64,000 bases of DNA from Terriglobia bacterium (GTDB lineage: Bacteria > Acidobacteriota > Terriglobia > Terriglobales > Acidobacteriaceae), in contig JAIQGK010000013.1 of the NCBI GenBank assembly GCA_020072645.1, positions 89,809 to 153,808 on the forward strand, written 5' to 3'. Each line of letters starts with the position of its first letter. The first letter of the stretch is position 1. The position numbers and the translations under genes were made by a program. The notes under the pieces were generated by a model. It did no database searches and had not been told where the DNA came from. It saw only the letters and a program-made list of their open reading frames with translations. Below, piece by piece: positions 37,086 to 47,211 of the stretch.

Positions 37086-37166
37086 TCGAAACATATCTGC
37101 CCCTGCTTGCCTTTCTGCCGCCTGCGGGTGTCCAATATCAGAAGCGAATCGAAAGAGGTGACTCCG

Positions 37167-38171
37167 ATGAATCGCAGACAGTTCCTCAAAGATGCCTCCA
37201 CCACACTGGGCGCCGTGATGTTCGCGCCTTCTCTGCTGCACGGATTTGACTCTGCTCCTTCTGTCTCTCACGTTGCTTTCGTCAAGACCACGGACCGCGC
37301 TGCTGGAGTAAAGCGCGCCATCGAACTGCTAGGCATGGATAAATTCCACGGCAAAGATCTGTTCATCAAGCCCAACTTCAACAGCTCTGATCCCACTCCG
37401 GGCTCGACCAGTGAAGAAACATTGGCCGCGTTGCTGCGCCAGCTCAAAGCCATGGGCGCTGGGCCGCTCACGCTGGGCGACCGCAGCGGCATGGGCGATA
37501 CGCGCGAGGTCATGGGCAAGAAGAGCGCATTCCAGATGGGAAAGGAACTCGGCGCACAGGTTGTGGTTTTTGATGAACTCGCTTCAAACGATTGGGAGCT
37601 GCTCAAGCCGCAAGACAGCCACTGGGAGCAGGGCTTTGCTCTGCCGCGCGTTGTCCGCAAGGCCGGCGGCGTGGTCCAAACCTGCTGCCTCAAGACGCAT
37701 CGCTTCGGCGGCCACTTTACGCTGTCGCTCAAGAATTCTGTCGGGTTTGCGGCCAAGCAGGTTCCCGGGAATTCTTACAATTTCATGCGAGAGCTGCATT
37801 CCTCGCCGAACCAACGCCGCATGATCGCCGAGATCAATACCGCCTATAAACCTGACTTGATTCTGCTCGATGGCGTTCAGGCATTTACCAATGGCGGTCC
37901 GGACCACGGAAAGATGGTTGAGTCCAACGTGATTCTTGCCGGGACAGACCGCGTGGCCATTGATGCGGTTGGCGTGGCCCTGCTGCGGCACTTTGGCACC
38001 ACGCCGGAAGTAAGCCAGGGCGCAATCTTTGATCAGGAGCAGATTGCGCGCGCTGTGCAGTTGAAGATCGGCGTGAGCAGCCCAAAGCAGATTGAACTGG
38101 TTACCGGCGACCGCGAGAGCGCGGAGTTCGCAAAGCAGATTCGCGCGGTATTGGACGACGGCAAGGCTTAG
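37167..38171 (+). CDS. DUF362-domain protein with a twin-arginine signal
   Basis: Trimmed to the ATG at 37167 (MNRRQFLKDASTTLGAVMFAPSLL, Tat-type RRxFLK). The body matches DUF362 by memory (FIKPNFNS..., CLKTHRFGG). Confidence 0.7.
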   Translation: MNRRQFLKDASTTLGAVMFAPSLLHGFDSAPSVSHVAFVKTTDRAAGVKRAIELLGMDKFHGKDLFIKPNFNSSDPTPGSTSEETLAALLRQLKAMGAGPLTLGDRSGMGDTREVMGKKSAFQMGKELGAQVVVFDELASNDWELLKPQDSHWEQGFALPRVVRKAGGVVQTCCLKTHRFGGHFTLSLKNSVGFAAKQVPGNSYNFMRELHSSPNQRRMIAEINTAYKPDLILLDGVQAFTNGGPDHGKMVESNVILAGTDRVAIDAVGVALLRHFGTTPEVSQGAIFDQEQIARAVQLKIGVSSPKQIELVTGDRESAEFAKQIRAVLDDGKA

Positions 38172-38172
38172 G

Positions 38173-38241
38173 CAGTTTCGGAGCCGGTCTGGAACAGAAA
38201 TGTGGCACAGACACTCCTGTCTGTGCAAGCCTCCGAAACTG
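38173..38241. repeat. nested hairpin filling the convergent spacer; its core is family E, copy 2
   Basis: An outer 11-bp stem cagtttcggag (38173-38183) / ctccgaaactg (38231-38241) encloses the inner hairpin gcacagaca-ctcc-tgtctgtgc (38205-38226). Confidence 0.8.
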
Positions 38242-38243
38242 GT

Positions 38244-39254
38244 CTAGTTGTCCGCGACCTTGAGCACCAGCTTGCCAAAATTCTCGCCGGTGAAGAGCTT
38301 GAGCAGGGTCTCTGGGAAAGTCTCCAGTCCGGAGACAACGTCTTCGCGCGATTTCAGCTTGCCCGCAGCGCGCCAGCCCGCCATTTCACGCAATGCTTCC
38401 GCATAGCGCGCTGCATAGTTGAAAACCACAAAGCCCTCCATGCGCGCGCTGTTCACCAGCAGTGAAAGATAGTTCTGTGGGCCTTTCACGCCGGTGGTGG
38501 AGTTGTACTGTGAGATCGCGCCGCAAATCACCACACGCGCGCCACGCGCCAATTGGGCCAGGGCAGCGTCCAGGATCTCGCCGCCCACGTTGTCAAAATA
38601 CACGTTGATGCCGTTGGGGCAGTGCTGCCGCAGTGCGGCTTTCACGTCTTCAGTCTTGTAGTTGATGCAGGCATCAAAGCCCAGCTCTTTCACCACGTAG
38701 TCGCATTTTTCCTTGCTGCCAGCCAACCCGATCGCGCGCGCTCCTTTGATCTTTGCAATCTGTCCCACAGGCATACCCACAGCGCCCGCCGCTCCGGAAA
38801 CCACCACAGTGTCTCCGGCTTTGAGCGCTCCAACTTCCAGCAAACCAAAGTACGCGGTAAGACCGGGCATGCCCAGCGTTCCCAGAAAGACCGGCAGCGG
38901 CGCCAGCTTGGGATCGACTTTGGTCACGCCTTTGCCGTCTGAAAGCGCGTACTCCTGCATGCCAAACATTCCCACCACGTGGTCGCCCACAGCGAAGCCG
39001 GGATTCTGTGACGCGATCACGCGGCCTACAGCGCCCGCGCGCATCACTTCGCCAATACCAACCGGCGGGATATACGATTTGCCTTCATTCATCCAGCCGC
39101 GCATTGCCGGATCCAGTGAGACGTAAAGAATCTTGACCAGGATCTCGCCGGCGCCCGGATTGCGCACCGGTTCTTCCGCGTAATTGAAGTCGCTGCGCTT
39201 GGGCAGGCCCACGGGACGGGTTGCAAGACGAAATTGATGATTAGTTGCAGGCAT
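38244..39254 (-). CDS. NADP-dependent oxidoreductase (MDR superfamily, YncB/alkenal reductase-like)
   Basis: 336 aa with VVSGAAGAVGMPVGQIAKIKGARAIG (Rossmann motif) and N-terminal MPATNHQFRLATRPVGLPKRSDF, typical of this subfamily. Confidence 0.88.
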   Translation of the reverse strand: MPATNHQFRLATRPVGLPKRSDFNYAEEPVRNPGAGEILVKILYVSLDPAMRGWMNEGKSYIPPVGIGEVMRAGAVGRVIASQNPGFAVGDHVVGMFGMQEYALSDGKGVTKVDPKLAPLPVFLGTLGMPGLTAYFGLLEVGALKAGDTVVVSGAAGAVGMPVGQIAKIKGARAIGLAGSKEKCDYVVKELGFDACINYKTEDVKAALRQHCPNGINVYFDNVGGEILDAALAQLARGARVVICGAISQYNSTTGVKGPQNYLSLLVNSARMEGFVVFNYAARYAEALREMAGWRAAGKLKSREDVVSGLETFPETLLKLFTGENFGKLVLKVADN

Positions 39255-39510
39255 AGTGGATGATTGTAATCACAAAATTTCAAGTTTGAAATTCGTTGGG
39301 CCGTCACGCGTCGCTGCCGACTTTGCAGAGCTGCTGTATGCGCCTGCAGCTTGGGGTTGCCTGAAAACAAAATCGCAAAACTTCTTGTCTAAACCTGAAC
39401 GCTCCAACTTGTGGCTACCCTCAACGCATCCCATTTTTGATTGGCCGAGTTGCTCCCATTGTGATCGCGCCTTTGGGGCGGAAGGAAGGACACAGAAAAA
39501 AGAAATCATC

Positions 39511-39894
39511 ATGGAATTGAATGACACTAAGATAGAAACATATGATCAGAGTGATTGCACGCTGGCTCCTGGAGAGCTGATCGAGCAATCGGGGATTTAC
39601 GAGATATGCCATCACGACGAGCCACGCGCCAGCGTGATCCTGATGCGCAACTCTATCTTTCCTTTTTGCCGGCGTTGCGGAGAAATGGTCCGCTACAGAA
39701 TTCTGGAACTCGTTCCCCACATTTCTGAAGATCCAGACTTCCAGGAAGATCCGCCGGGAACGGACAACCCTTCCTACAAGATGCAGATTCCAACTTCTAC
39801 GTTCCCCATGCAACTCGGTCGAGCGCATGGCTTCCGATTCCAGCAAGACTGTTTACAAACCTGGGCAGGTAGTCCCCAAGGCGGGGATATATAG
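39511..39894 (+). CDS. hypothetical small Cys-containing protein, paralog 1
   Basis: The track ORF is trimmed to the ATG at 39511. Its core PGELIEQSGIYEICHHDEPRASVILMRNSIFPFCRRCGEMVRYRIL is paralogous to the next ORF. Confidence 0.5.
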   Translation: MELNDTKIETYDQSDCTLAPGELIEQSGIYEICHHDEPRASVILMRNSIFPFCRRCGEMVRYRILELVPHISEDPDFQEDPPGTDNPSYKMQIPTSTFPMQLGRAHGFRFQQDCLQTWAGSPQGGDI

Positions 39895-40036
39895 AGTCTC
39901 GCACGCCGAACACCGCTTGCCTCACCGGGCCAGCTTCAAGGCGGGAGACCACTTCCCGCCTTGCGCAAAGTGCGCTGGTGAAGTGCGCTTTGAATTGTTG
40001 GTGGCTGCGGACGTGGACAACGGCAAAGGCGGCTAG
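39827..40036 (+). CDS. hypothetical small Cys-containing protein, paralog 2
   Basis: 69 aa. PGQVVPKAGIYRVSHAEHRLPHRASFKAGDHFPPCAKCAGEVRFELL carries the same PG..GIY..H....FP.C..C.GEVR..L pattern as paralog 1. Confidence 0.55.
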   Translation: MASDSSKTVYKPGQVVPKAGIYRVSHAEHRLPHRASFKAGDHFPPCAKCAGEVRFELLVAADVDNGKGG

Positions 40037-40218
40037 CGGCCAACCTGAATGGCAGGAAATTTCTGCTGGATGTTCCGGATCAGCTCTTCCAGCGACAGCT
40101 TAGAATAGTCGCGACTGGACGCTGATTCCACGAATTTATTCTGTGCCGTCAATTCGTGTTCCTTCGCGCACTCGCGGCCCGTTTTCAATTACCAACTTAC
40201 CCAATTACCAAATCATTC

Positions 40219-42330
40219 TTACTCTTCCACTTCCACCAGTTCGCCGCGCTCTGCTTTATAGTTCGCAATGATCTTTTCCTGGAACACTGCCGGCACGTAG
40301 TCATAGTGCGACATTTCCATGTTGAAGCTGCCGCGGCCCTGCGTCATGGAAGTCAGGTCAGCGCCATAGGTCAGCATTTCCGCCATTGGGCACTCGGCTT
40401 TCACCACGGTCTTGCCGGCCTTGTTGTCCATGCCCTGGATGCGTCCCCGGCGCGAGTTCAAATCGCCCATGATGCTGCCTGCGAACTCGTCTGGAATCGT
40501 GATCTCCACTTTCATGATCGGTTCCAGCAGCGTGGGTTTGGCCTGCTCCATGGCTTTCTTGAAAGCGATGCGGCCCGCTGTCTTGAAGGACATTTCGTTT
40601 GAGTCGACGTCGTGATAGCTGCCGTCATACAGGATCACACGGAAATCCACCACGGGAAATCCGGCCAGATATCCGCGCGCCGCCGCTTCCACAATTCCTT
40701 TTTCCACCGCGGGAATGTAGTTCTTGGGAATGGCTCCGCCAAAAATGTCATTCACAAACTCAAAGTTTTTGCCGCGCTCCAGCGGTTCCATCTTGATCTT
40801 GCAGTCACCGTATTGGCCGTGACCGCCGCTCTGCTTCTTGTGGCGGCCCTGCACATCCGCCTTGCCGCGGATGGTTTCACGATACGGGACCTTCGGCGCT
40901 TTCAAAATAACTTCAGTGTGATAGCGGCGCTTCAGCTTCGAGACCATCACCTCAATGTGCTGCTGTCCGGTACCGGCGATCAGGAATTCCTTGGTCTGCT
41001 CATCGCGGAAGAAGCGCACCATGGGATCTTCTTCCATGAGCTTGTGCAGGCCGTTGGAAAGCTTGTCTTCATCATTGCGGCTCTTAGGCTCAATAGCGAA
41101 CGTAATCGCCGGTTCCGGCAGCGTGACGCCGGCAAAGCGAATGGGATTGGCCTTGTCTCCCATCGTGTCACCGGTAAGAGTGTCACGTAGCTTGGCTACC
41201 GCGCCCACGTCGCCGGCATGCAGTTCCGTCACCGGGACAAGGTTCTTGCCCTGCGGGATGGAGAGATGCGCAAGTTTTTCTGACGTGCTGCGCGTAAAGT
41301 TCTGCAGCGTGGCATCATTCTTTACCACGCCGGAAAACACCTTGAAGAATGTAATGCGTCCGGCAAACGGATCGTTGGCGGTCTTAAAGACATAGAGCGA
41401 AGTAGGGGCCTTATCACTCACCTGAAGGTCAATTCCATGACCATTGCCGGAAGCTGTGGCTGGATCGGCGTGTACTGCGGCGTGCTCCGCGGCGGTAGGA
41501 AAATAATCGACGACAAAATCCAGCAAGTGGTCGGTACCAATGTTTCCCAATCCGGAGGCAAACAGCACCGGGAAAATTCTGTCTTCCTTGATGGCTTCAT
41601 GCAGCGCCGGAATCAGGTGCTCTTCGGCGATGGTGCCTTTATCAAAGAACTCCTCCATCAGCTCGTCTTTTCCTTCCGCAACAATCTCTACCAGCTTTTC
41701 ATGCGCTTCCTTGGCGGCCGCTTCCAGTTCGGCAGGAATTGGGCCTTCTTTGCCTTTGCCGCTGCCGCCCATCTCGTAGGTGTAAGCCTTCATCGTCACC
41801 AAGTCCACTACGCCCTTCAGGCTCTTCTCGCTGCCGATGGGAATCTGCACTGGAACCACCAACCGGCCGAAAGCATTCACCAGGCTTTCCAGCGCCGTTT
41901 CCCAATTGGCGCGTTCGCGGTCCATGCGGCTCACGCAGATCACGCGCGGCAGGTTGATCTCGTCGGCATACTGCCAGACTTTTTCCGTCACTACCTCAAC
42001 GCCGGAAACGCCATCCACCACAACGAGCGCCGCTTCAGCCGCGGACATGGCAATCTTGGCCTCATGCGCAAACATGGTGAAGCCCGGCGAATCAAACAGG
42101 TTAATCTTGGTGTTGTGCCACTCCACGGAGGCAATGGCCGTGGAGATGGTCATCTGGCGCGAAATCTCTTCTTCATCGTGGTCGGTAACCGTGGAACCGT
42201 CGTCCACGCGGCCCAGCTTGGGCGTGGCGCCGCCCGTGTACAGCATCGCGGAAACCAGGGAAGTCTTGCCGGAGTGAGAGTGACCGATAACGACGAGATT
42301 GCGGATGTCCTTGCCTTCGTAAACCTTCAA
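40219..42330 (-). CDS. elongation factor G family GTPase (stand-alone paralog, outside the str operon)
   Basis: 703 aa with G1 GHSHSGKTS, G3 DSPG, and domains II-V recognisable (e.g. HGQYGDCKIKMEPL, GRGSFNMEMSHYD). Confidence 0.9.
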   Translation of the reverse strand: MKVYEGKDIRNLVVIGHSHSGKTSLVSAMLYTGGATPKLGRVDDGSTVTDHDEEEISRQMTISTAIASVEWHNTKINLFDSPGFTMFAHEAKIAMSAAEAALVVVDGVSGVEVVTEKVWQYADEINLPRVICVSRMDRERANWETALESLVNAFGRLVVPVQIPIGSEKSLKGVVDLVTMKAYTYEMGGSGKGKEGPIPAELEAAAKEAHEKLVEIVAEGKDELMEEFFDKGTIAEEHLIPALHEAIKEDRIFPVLFASGLGNIGTDHLLDFVVDYFPTAAEHAAVHADPATASGNGHGIDLQVSDKAPTSLYVFKTANDPFAGRITFFKVFSGVVKNDATLQNFTRSTSEKLAHLSIPQGKNLVPVTELHAGDVGAVAKLRDTLTGDTMGDKANPIRFAGVTLPEPAITFAIEPKSRNDEDKLSNGLHKLMEEDPMVRFFRDEQTKEFLIAGTGQQHIEVMVSKLKRRYHTEVILKAPKVPYRETIRGKADVQGRHKKQSGGHGQYGDCKIKMEPLERGKNFEFVNDIFGGAIPKNYIPAVEKGIVEAAARGYLAGFPVVDFRVILYDGSYHDVDSNEMSFKTAGRIAFKKAMEQAKPTLLEPIMKVEITIPDEFAGSIMGDLNSRRGRIQGMDNKAGKTVVKAECPMAEMLTYGADLTSMTQGRGSFNMEMSHYDYVPAVFQEKIIANYKAERGELVEVEE

Positions 42331-42719
42331 AGTGCCTCCTTCAACAAACGGGGCCCGGCCAGATTAGCAGGCAATTCGAAATCTGAAGAGTTCTACTTGG
42401 ACTGCTAGCTGTTGGTCAAGAGGGTCCGGGGCTCCAGCGGGACAAGATAAGTGCCTGTTAAACAGATATTATCCCGCTGGACGCGGGTTTTGGGAAGGGG
42501 AGGCGCGAAAGCGCCGAAAATGCCAGCACTGCCAAAAATCGCCGGGATTGAAGGAACTCTGAACGTCTTTCTCCGTACTGTTATCAGGGAATCTCGCCCC
42601 TATGCCGCGTAGGTTAAGGCCCATTATTACTAGACAGCAATCCCCTTATGCGCTCACAATTCTCTGTACCCGCTTCTCACTGCCGTAAGCTCTCTTCTGA
42701 GAGAAAGGAATTTCCTGCC

Positions 42720-45418
42720 ATGAATAAGTTGTTTAAAAGCCTGTTGTGCCTTGTGCTTTTCGTCGCCGCTGTAGGAGCGAAAGATAAAGACAAAAAGGCC
42801 CCCGCCGCGAGCGGATTGCCGCCCATCATTGACCGCGAGCTGATCTTTGGCAATCCAGAGATTGCCAATGCGGAGCTTTCGCCGGACGGCAAGTATGTCG
42901 CTTTTCTGAAGCCCTGGAAAGACACGCGCAATGTCTACGTGAAGGGCGTGGATGAGCCATTCAGCGCGGCCCGTCTGCTGACCACGGAAACCAAGCGTCC
43001 GGTCGCAGGCTTCTTCTGGACGTGGGACAGCAAATTCGTCCTTTACGTAAAAGACAATGCCGGGGACGAGAACTTCAATGTCTATGCCGTTGATCCCGCG
43101 GCCAAGCCCGCCGCCGGAGCTGACGCGCCTGCTTCCCGTGATCTTACCGGTCTCAAGGGCGTCCGGGTGGCGCTTTATGACCTGCCTAAGTCCGATCCCG
43201 ATATCGTTTACATCGGCCTCAATGACCGCGACAAAGCGTGGCATGATCTCTACAAGCTGAAGATCTCCACCGGTGAAAAAACGCTGGTGCGCAAGAACAC
43301 TGATCGCATCACCGGCTGGAATTTTGACCTGAAGGGCAATCTGCGCCTGGCCAGCCGCGCCGCTGAGAACGGCGACACCGAGATTCTCCGCGTGGACCCT
43401 GACAAGTTCACCAAGATCTACTCTTGCGACGTTTTTGAAACCTGCGGGGCCATCCGGTTCAATAAGGACGCCAAGCATGTGTACTTTGAGACCAATAAGG
43501 TGCTGATATCGATCTGGTGTCGCTGGTGCTCCTGGATCCAGAGACCGGCAAGACAGAGCTGGTTGAATCCGATCCGCTCAAGCGTGTGGATTTTGGCGGA
43601 GCGCGTTTCTCTCAGGCTACTGACGAGTTGGCTCTGACCGTTTACGTGGATGAGCATCGCCGCCTCTACTACCGCGACAAGGGATTTGAAGCCGATCTGA
43701 AATGGCTGGAAGCCAAGTTTCCTGGCAAAGAAATCAACCTTGTCTCCGACACGCGCGACGAGCAGACCTGGCTAATCAACGCCAGCAGTGATACCGAGCC
43801 GGGAGAGACGTATCTCTTTCAGCGCAAAAAGCACAAGCTGGCGCTGCAATACAAGAGTCGCGAAAAGCTCCCGCGTGAAGCGCTGGCCACCATGACGCCG
43901 GTGAAATACAAGTCTTCTGATGGGCTCGAGATTCCTGCTTACCTCACGTTGCCCAAGGGCGTTCCCGCCAAGAACCTTCCTACGGTCATCTTCCCTCACG
44001 GCGGCCCGTGGGCGCGCGACTTCTGGGGCTACAACGGTTACGCGCAGTTTCTGGCCAATCGCGGATATGCCGTGCTGAGCCCCAACTTCCGCGGCTCTAC
44101 CGGTTACGGCAAGAAATTCCTGAATGCCGGCAACAAAGAGTGGGGCAAGAAGATGCAGGATGACGTTACCTGGGGCGTGAAATACCTGATCGATCAAGGT
44201 ATCAGCGATCCCAAGCGCGTTGGCATTTTTGGCGGATCGTATGGCGGTTACGCCACGCTGGCAGGCGTCGCTTTTACTCCGGATGTTTATGCTGCTGCGG
44301 TCGATCTGTTTGGGCCTTCCAACCTGATCACGCTGCTGGAGTCGATTCCGCCGTACTGGGAGCCTATCCGAAAAGTGTTCCATGAACGCATGGGCGATCC
44401 CACCACTCCGGAAGGCAAAGCGCTTCTGGTAGAGCGCTCTCCGCTTACTTCCGCCGCCAAGATCAAGACGCCGCTGATGATCGCGCAGGGAGCCAATGAT
44501 CCACGCGTAAACCATGCTGAATCGGAACAGATCGTGGTCGCGCTGCGTGACCGCGGCTTTCCGGTGGAATATCTATTGATACCCGACGAAGGCCATGGCT
44601 TTGCCCGGCCGGTGAATAACATGGCCAGCTTAATGGCCACGGAAAACTTCCTCGCCAAATACCTGGGCGGACGCGCGCAGGAAGGCGGAACTCCGGAGGT
44701 TGTTGCGCGACTGAAGGAAGTCACGGTCGATCCCAAGACCGTAGTGCTGGCCAAAAAAGTAGACGCGGGCACTGTAACTTCTCCCAAGCCGGCCACGGAC
44801 TTGCAGCCTGGCTCTTACAAATACAAGGCCATGATTGAAGTGAGCGGCCAGCAGATTCCACTCAGCGTCTCCACCACCATCGCGGAAGCAGCGGGCGCAT
44901 GGACCGCCACGGACGTGATGACCACGCCCAACGGCGACGTGACCACAACTTCCACGCTGGAAAAAGGAACGCTAATCAACCGCAACCTGACGTTGAAAAG
45001 TGGGCAAGCATCCATGGACCTCAACTTTGCCGGCGACAAAGCCGCGGGCAACGTAAACATGGGCGGACAGGACAAGCCAGTTTCAGTCGATCTTGGCGGG
45101 CCGCTGTTTGCGAACGCCGCCGGGGCCAAGCAAGCAATCTCATGCCTGCCTCTGGCTGAAGGCTATAGCACCACCTTCCGGAACTTTGACGTGCAAAAGC
45201 AGACCGTGAAGCTGATGCAGTTGAAAGTTACGGGCGTGGAAAAAGTAACCGTGCCTGCCGGGACGTTTGATGCTTACAAGGTCGAAATCACGTCGACCGA
45301 TGGCGGCCCGGACAAGGAAACACTGTGGGTGGCGCGCGATTCCCATAAACCAGTCAAAGAAACCATGGTGCTTCCTGCCATGGGAGGAGCAGTGCTTACG
45401 CAGGAGCTGACGCAGTAG
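42720..45418 (+). pseudogene. S9 (prolyl oligopeptidase/DPP) family serine peptidase, interrupted by a 1-nt frameshift near 43497-43501
   Basis: The N-terminal beta-propeller part (frame of 42720, signal MNKLFKSLLCLVLFVAAVGA) reads ...HVYFETNK and then goes to nonsense. The continuation GADIDLVSLVLLDPETGK... is in the -1 frame from 43499 and carries GGSYGG (nucleophile elbow), the Asp region and the His region DEGHGF. Confidence 0.85.
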
Positions 45419-45456
45419 TCGTCGCCGATCAGTTGTTCTTCAACCAACCAGGAAAC

Positions 45457-45481
45457 GGCCCGCCGCGAAGCGGGCCTTTTC
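45457..45481 (+). terminator. intrinsic terminator after the S9 peptidase gene
   Basis: ggcccgc-cgcgaa-gcgggcc followed by tttt. Confidence 0.85.
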
Positions 45482-45503
45482 TGTGTTTGGGTAAACTGCA
45501 TTC

Positions 45504-45794
45504 ATGAATCAAGGTCGCGGAAGCATCATTGCTGGCATGGCGATTTGCTGGCTGCTCAACGTGGCGCAACTCGGCGTGGGCTGGCTGCTGCTGGTCGCCG
45601 ATGTGCGCTTGCTTCCGGCCTATTACGTATTAGTCGGCGCGATTGGTCTGGTACAAGTGGGTTACGTCGTCCCGCTCTGGCGACTGCTGCGACGTAAAGG
45701 CAAGCCCAGAACGGCCAAGGGTCTTATGATCGCCGCGATTTTGACCTTTATCGCCGATGCCTCTTTCGTGATGCTGGCATATAAGCGGCATTAG
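45504..45794 (+). CDS. hypothetical small membrane protein (3 TM)
   Basis: 96 aa, almost entirely hydrophobic helices (IIAGMAICWLLNVAQLGVGWLLLV..., YYVLVGAIGLVQVGYVV, LMIAAILTFIADASFVMLAY). Confidence 0.6.
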   Translation: MNQGRGSIIAGMAICWLLNVAQLGVGWLLLVADVRLLPAYYVLVGAIGLVQVGYVVPLWRLLRRKGKPRTAKGLMIAAILTFIADASFVMLAYKRH

Positions 45795-45864
45795 CGCATG
45801 GCGGCCCAATGCCAGTAAGGTGCCGTGGGATTCAGCCTTCCATCCCTTATACTGGAGTGCTTTT

Positions 45865-47154
45865 ATGTCGTCTTCCGGTATTCCGCAAGAACCCAGTAAA
45901 TTTCGGTTCAAGCTGTTGCCCACGCTCAAGCGCGGAGAGATGTGGCGGTACTTCGGCCCCGCGTTCGTCGCCAGCGTCGCGTACATCGATCCTGGAAATT
46001 TCGCCAGCAACTTTGAAGGCGGGGCCAGGTTTGGTTACACCCTGTTGTGGGTGCTGCTCTGGTCGAATGCCATGGCCATTCTGATCCAGTATCTTTCCGC
46101 CAAGCTGGGCATTGCTACGGGCAAAACGCTGCCGCAAAACTGCCGTGCATATTTTTCCAAAAAGATTAATTTCGGGCTGTGGGTTGCGGCGGAACTGGCC
46201 GCTCTGGCCACGGATCTGGCTGAATTTCTTGGCGCAGCCTTGGGGTTCTACCTGCTTCTCCACATCCCGCTTTTTCCGGCGGCTCTGATCACTGCGGTTG
46301 TGGTTTTCCTGATGCTGGCGGTTGAACTCTATGGCTTCCGTCGGCTGGAACAACTGATCATGGTTTTCGTGTTCGCCATCGCCGCGTGCTATGCGTTTGA
46401 GATGTTTCTGGTGCATCCAGACTGGGGCGCGGTGGCCCACGGCGTTATCGTGCCAAAAATCAATTCAGAGAGCATCTACGTTGCCGTAAGCATGCTGGGT
46501 GCAACGGTGATGCCGCACGTAATTTATTTGCATTCGGCGCTGGTGCAACACCGGGTGAAGGAAGACGCAGCCAGCGACCATCCTGAGAAATGGCTGCTCA
46601 CCATGCGGCACCTGCGGTATGAGCTGTGGGACGTGCTGGCCGCGATGAACGGCGCATGGCTGATCAACTCCGCCATGATCGTGATGGCCGCTGCGGTGTT
46701 CTACAACAAGGGAGTAAACTTCACATTCGACGAGGCGCATCTTACGCTGCATCCTCTGTTACCCGCGGTTTCAGGGACTGCGTTTGCTTTGGCGCTGCTG
46801 TTTTCCGGCTTGTCATCTTCCACGGTGGGCACCATGGCAGGCCAGGTGATCATCGAAGGATTTTTAGATATCAAGTTCAGCGTCTTTCTGCGCCGCCTTT
46901 TGACGATCATTCCCGCGCTCATAGTAATCGCGCTCCGCCTCGACGCCCTTAAAATTTTGTTACTATCACAGGTTGTGCTTAGCTTCGCGATTCCATTTGC
47001 TCTGGTGCCGCTGGTCGTGCTGACCCGCTCCAAGGCCGTGATGTCTGACCTGGTGAATAGCCCGCGCACCAACTACATGGCATATGCCGTTACAGCCATC
47101 ATTGTTGGTCTGAATCTTCTGCTGGTTTACAGAATGGTGGGCGGTCAGTTCTAG
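45865..47154 (+). CDS. mntH: Nramp-family divalent metal (Mn2+/Fe2+) transporter
   Basis: GPAFVASVAYIDPGNFASN (DPGN motif) and MPHVIYLHS. The start is trimmed to the ATG at 45865. Confidence 0.92.
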   Translation: MSSSGIPQEPSKFRFKLLPTLKRGEMWRYFGPAFVASVAYIDPGNFASNFEGGARFGYTLLWVLLWSNAMAILIQYLSAKLGIATGKTLPQNCRAYFSKKINFGLWVAAELAALATDLAEFLGAALGFYLLLHIPLFPAALITAVVVFLMLAVELYGFRRLEQLIMVFVFAIAACYAFEMFLVHPDWGAVAHGVIVPKINSESIYVAVSMLGATVMPHVIYLHSALVQHRVKEDAASDHPEKWLLTMRHLRYELWDVLAAMNGAWLINSAMIVMAAAVFYNKGVNFTFDEAHLTLHPLLPAVSGTAFALALLFSGLSSSTVGTMAGQVIIEGFLDIKFSVFLRRLLTIIPALIVIALRLDALKILLLSQVVLSFAIPFALVPLVVLTRSKAVMSDLVNSPRTNYMAYAVTAIIVGLNLLLVYRMVGGQF

Positions 47155-47211
47155 CGGTGAGATTGTGAAACGTTCGCCGAGGCAAATGAATCCAAATAAG
47201 AAGGTGAACTC

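Noticed and set aside
43491-43501. A programmed -1 ribosomal frameshift in the S9 peptidase.
   Set aside because: There is no X XXY YYZ slippery heptamer (context c caa taa gg) and no obvious downstream pseudoknot. A single-G loss in a G-run, or a sequencing error, is the simpler explanation.
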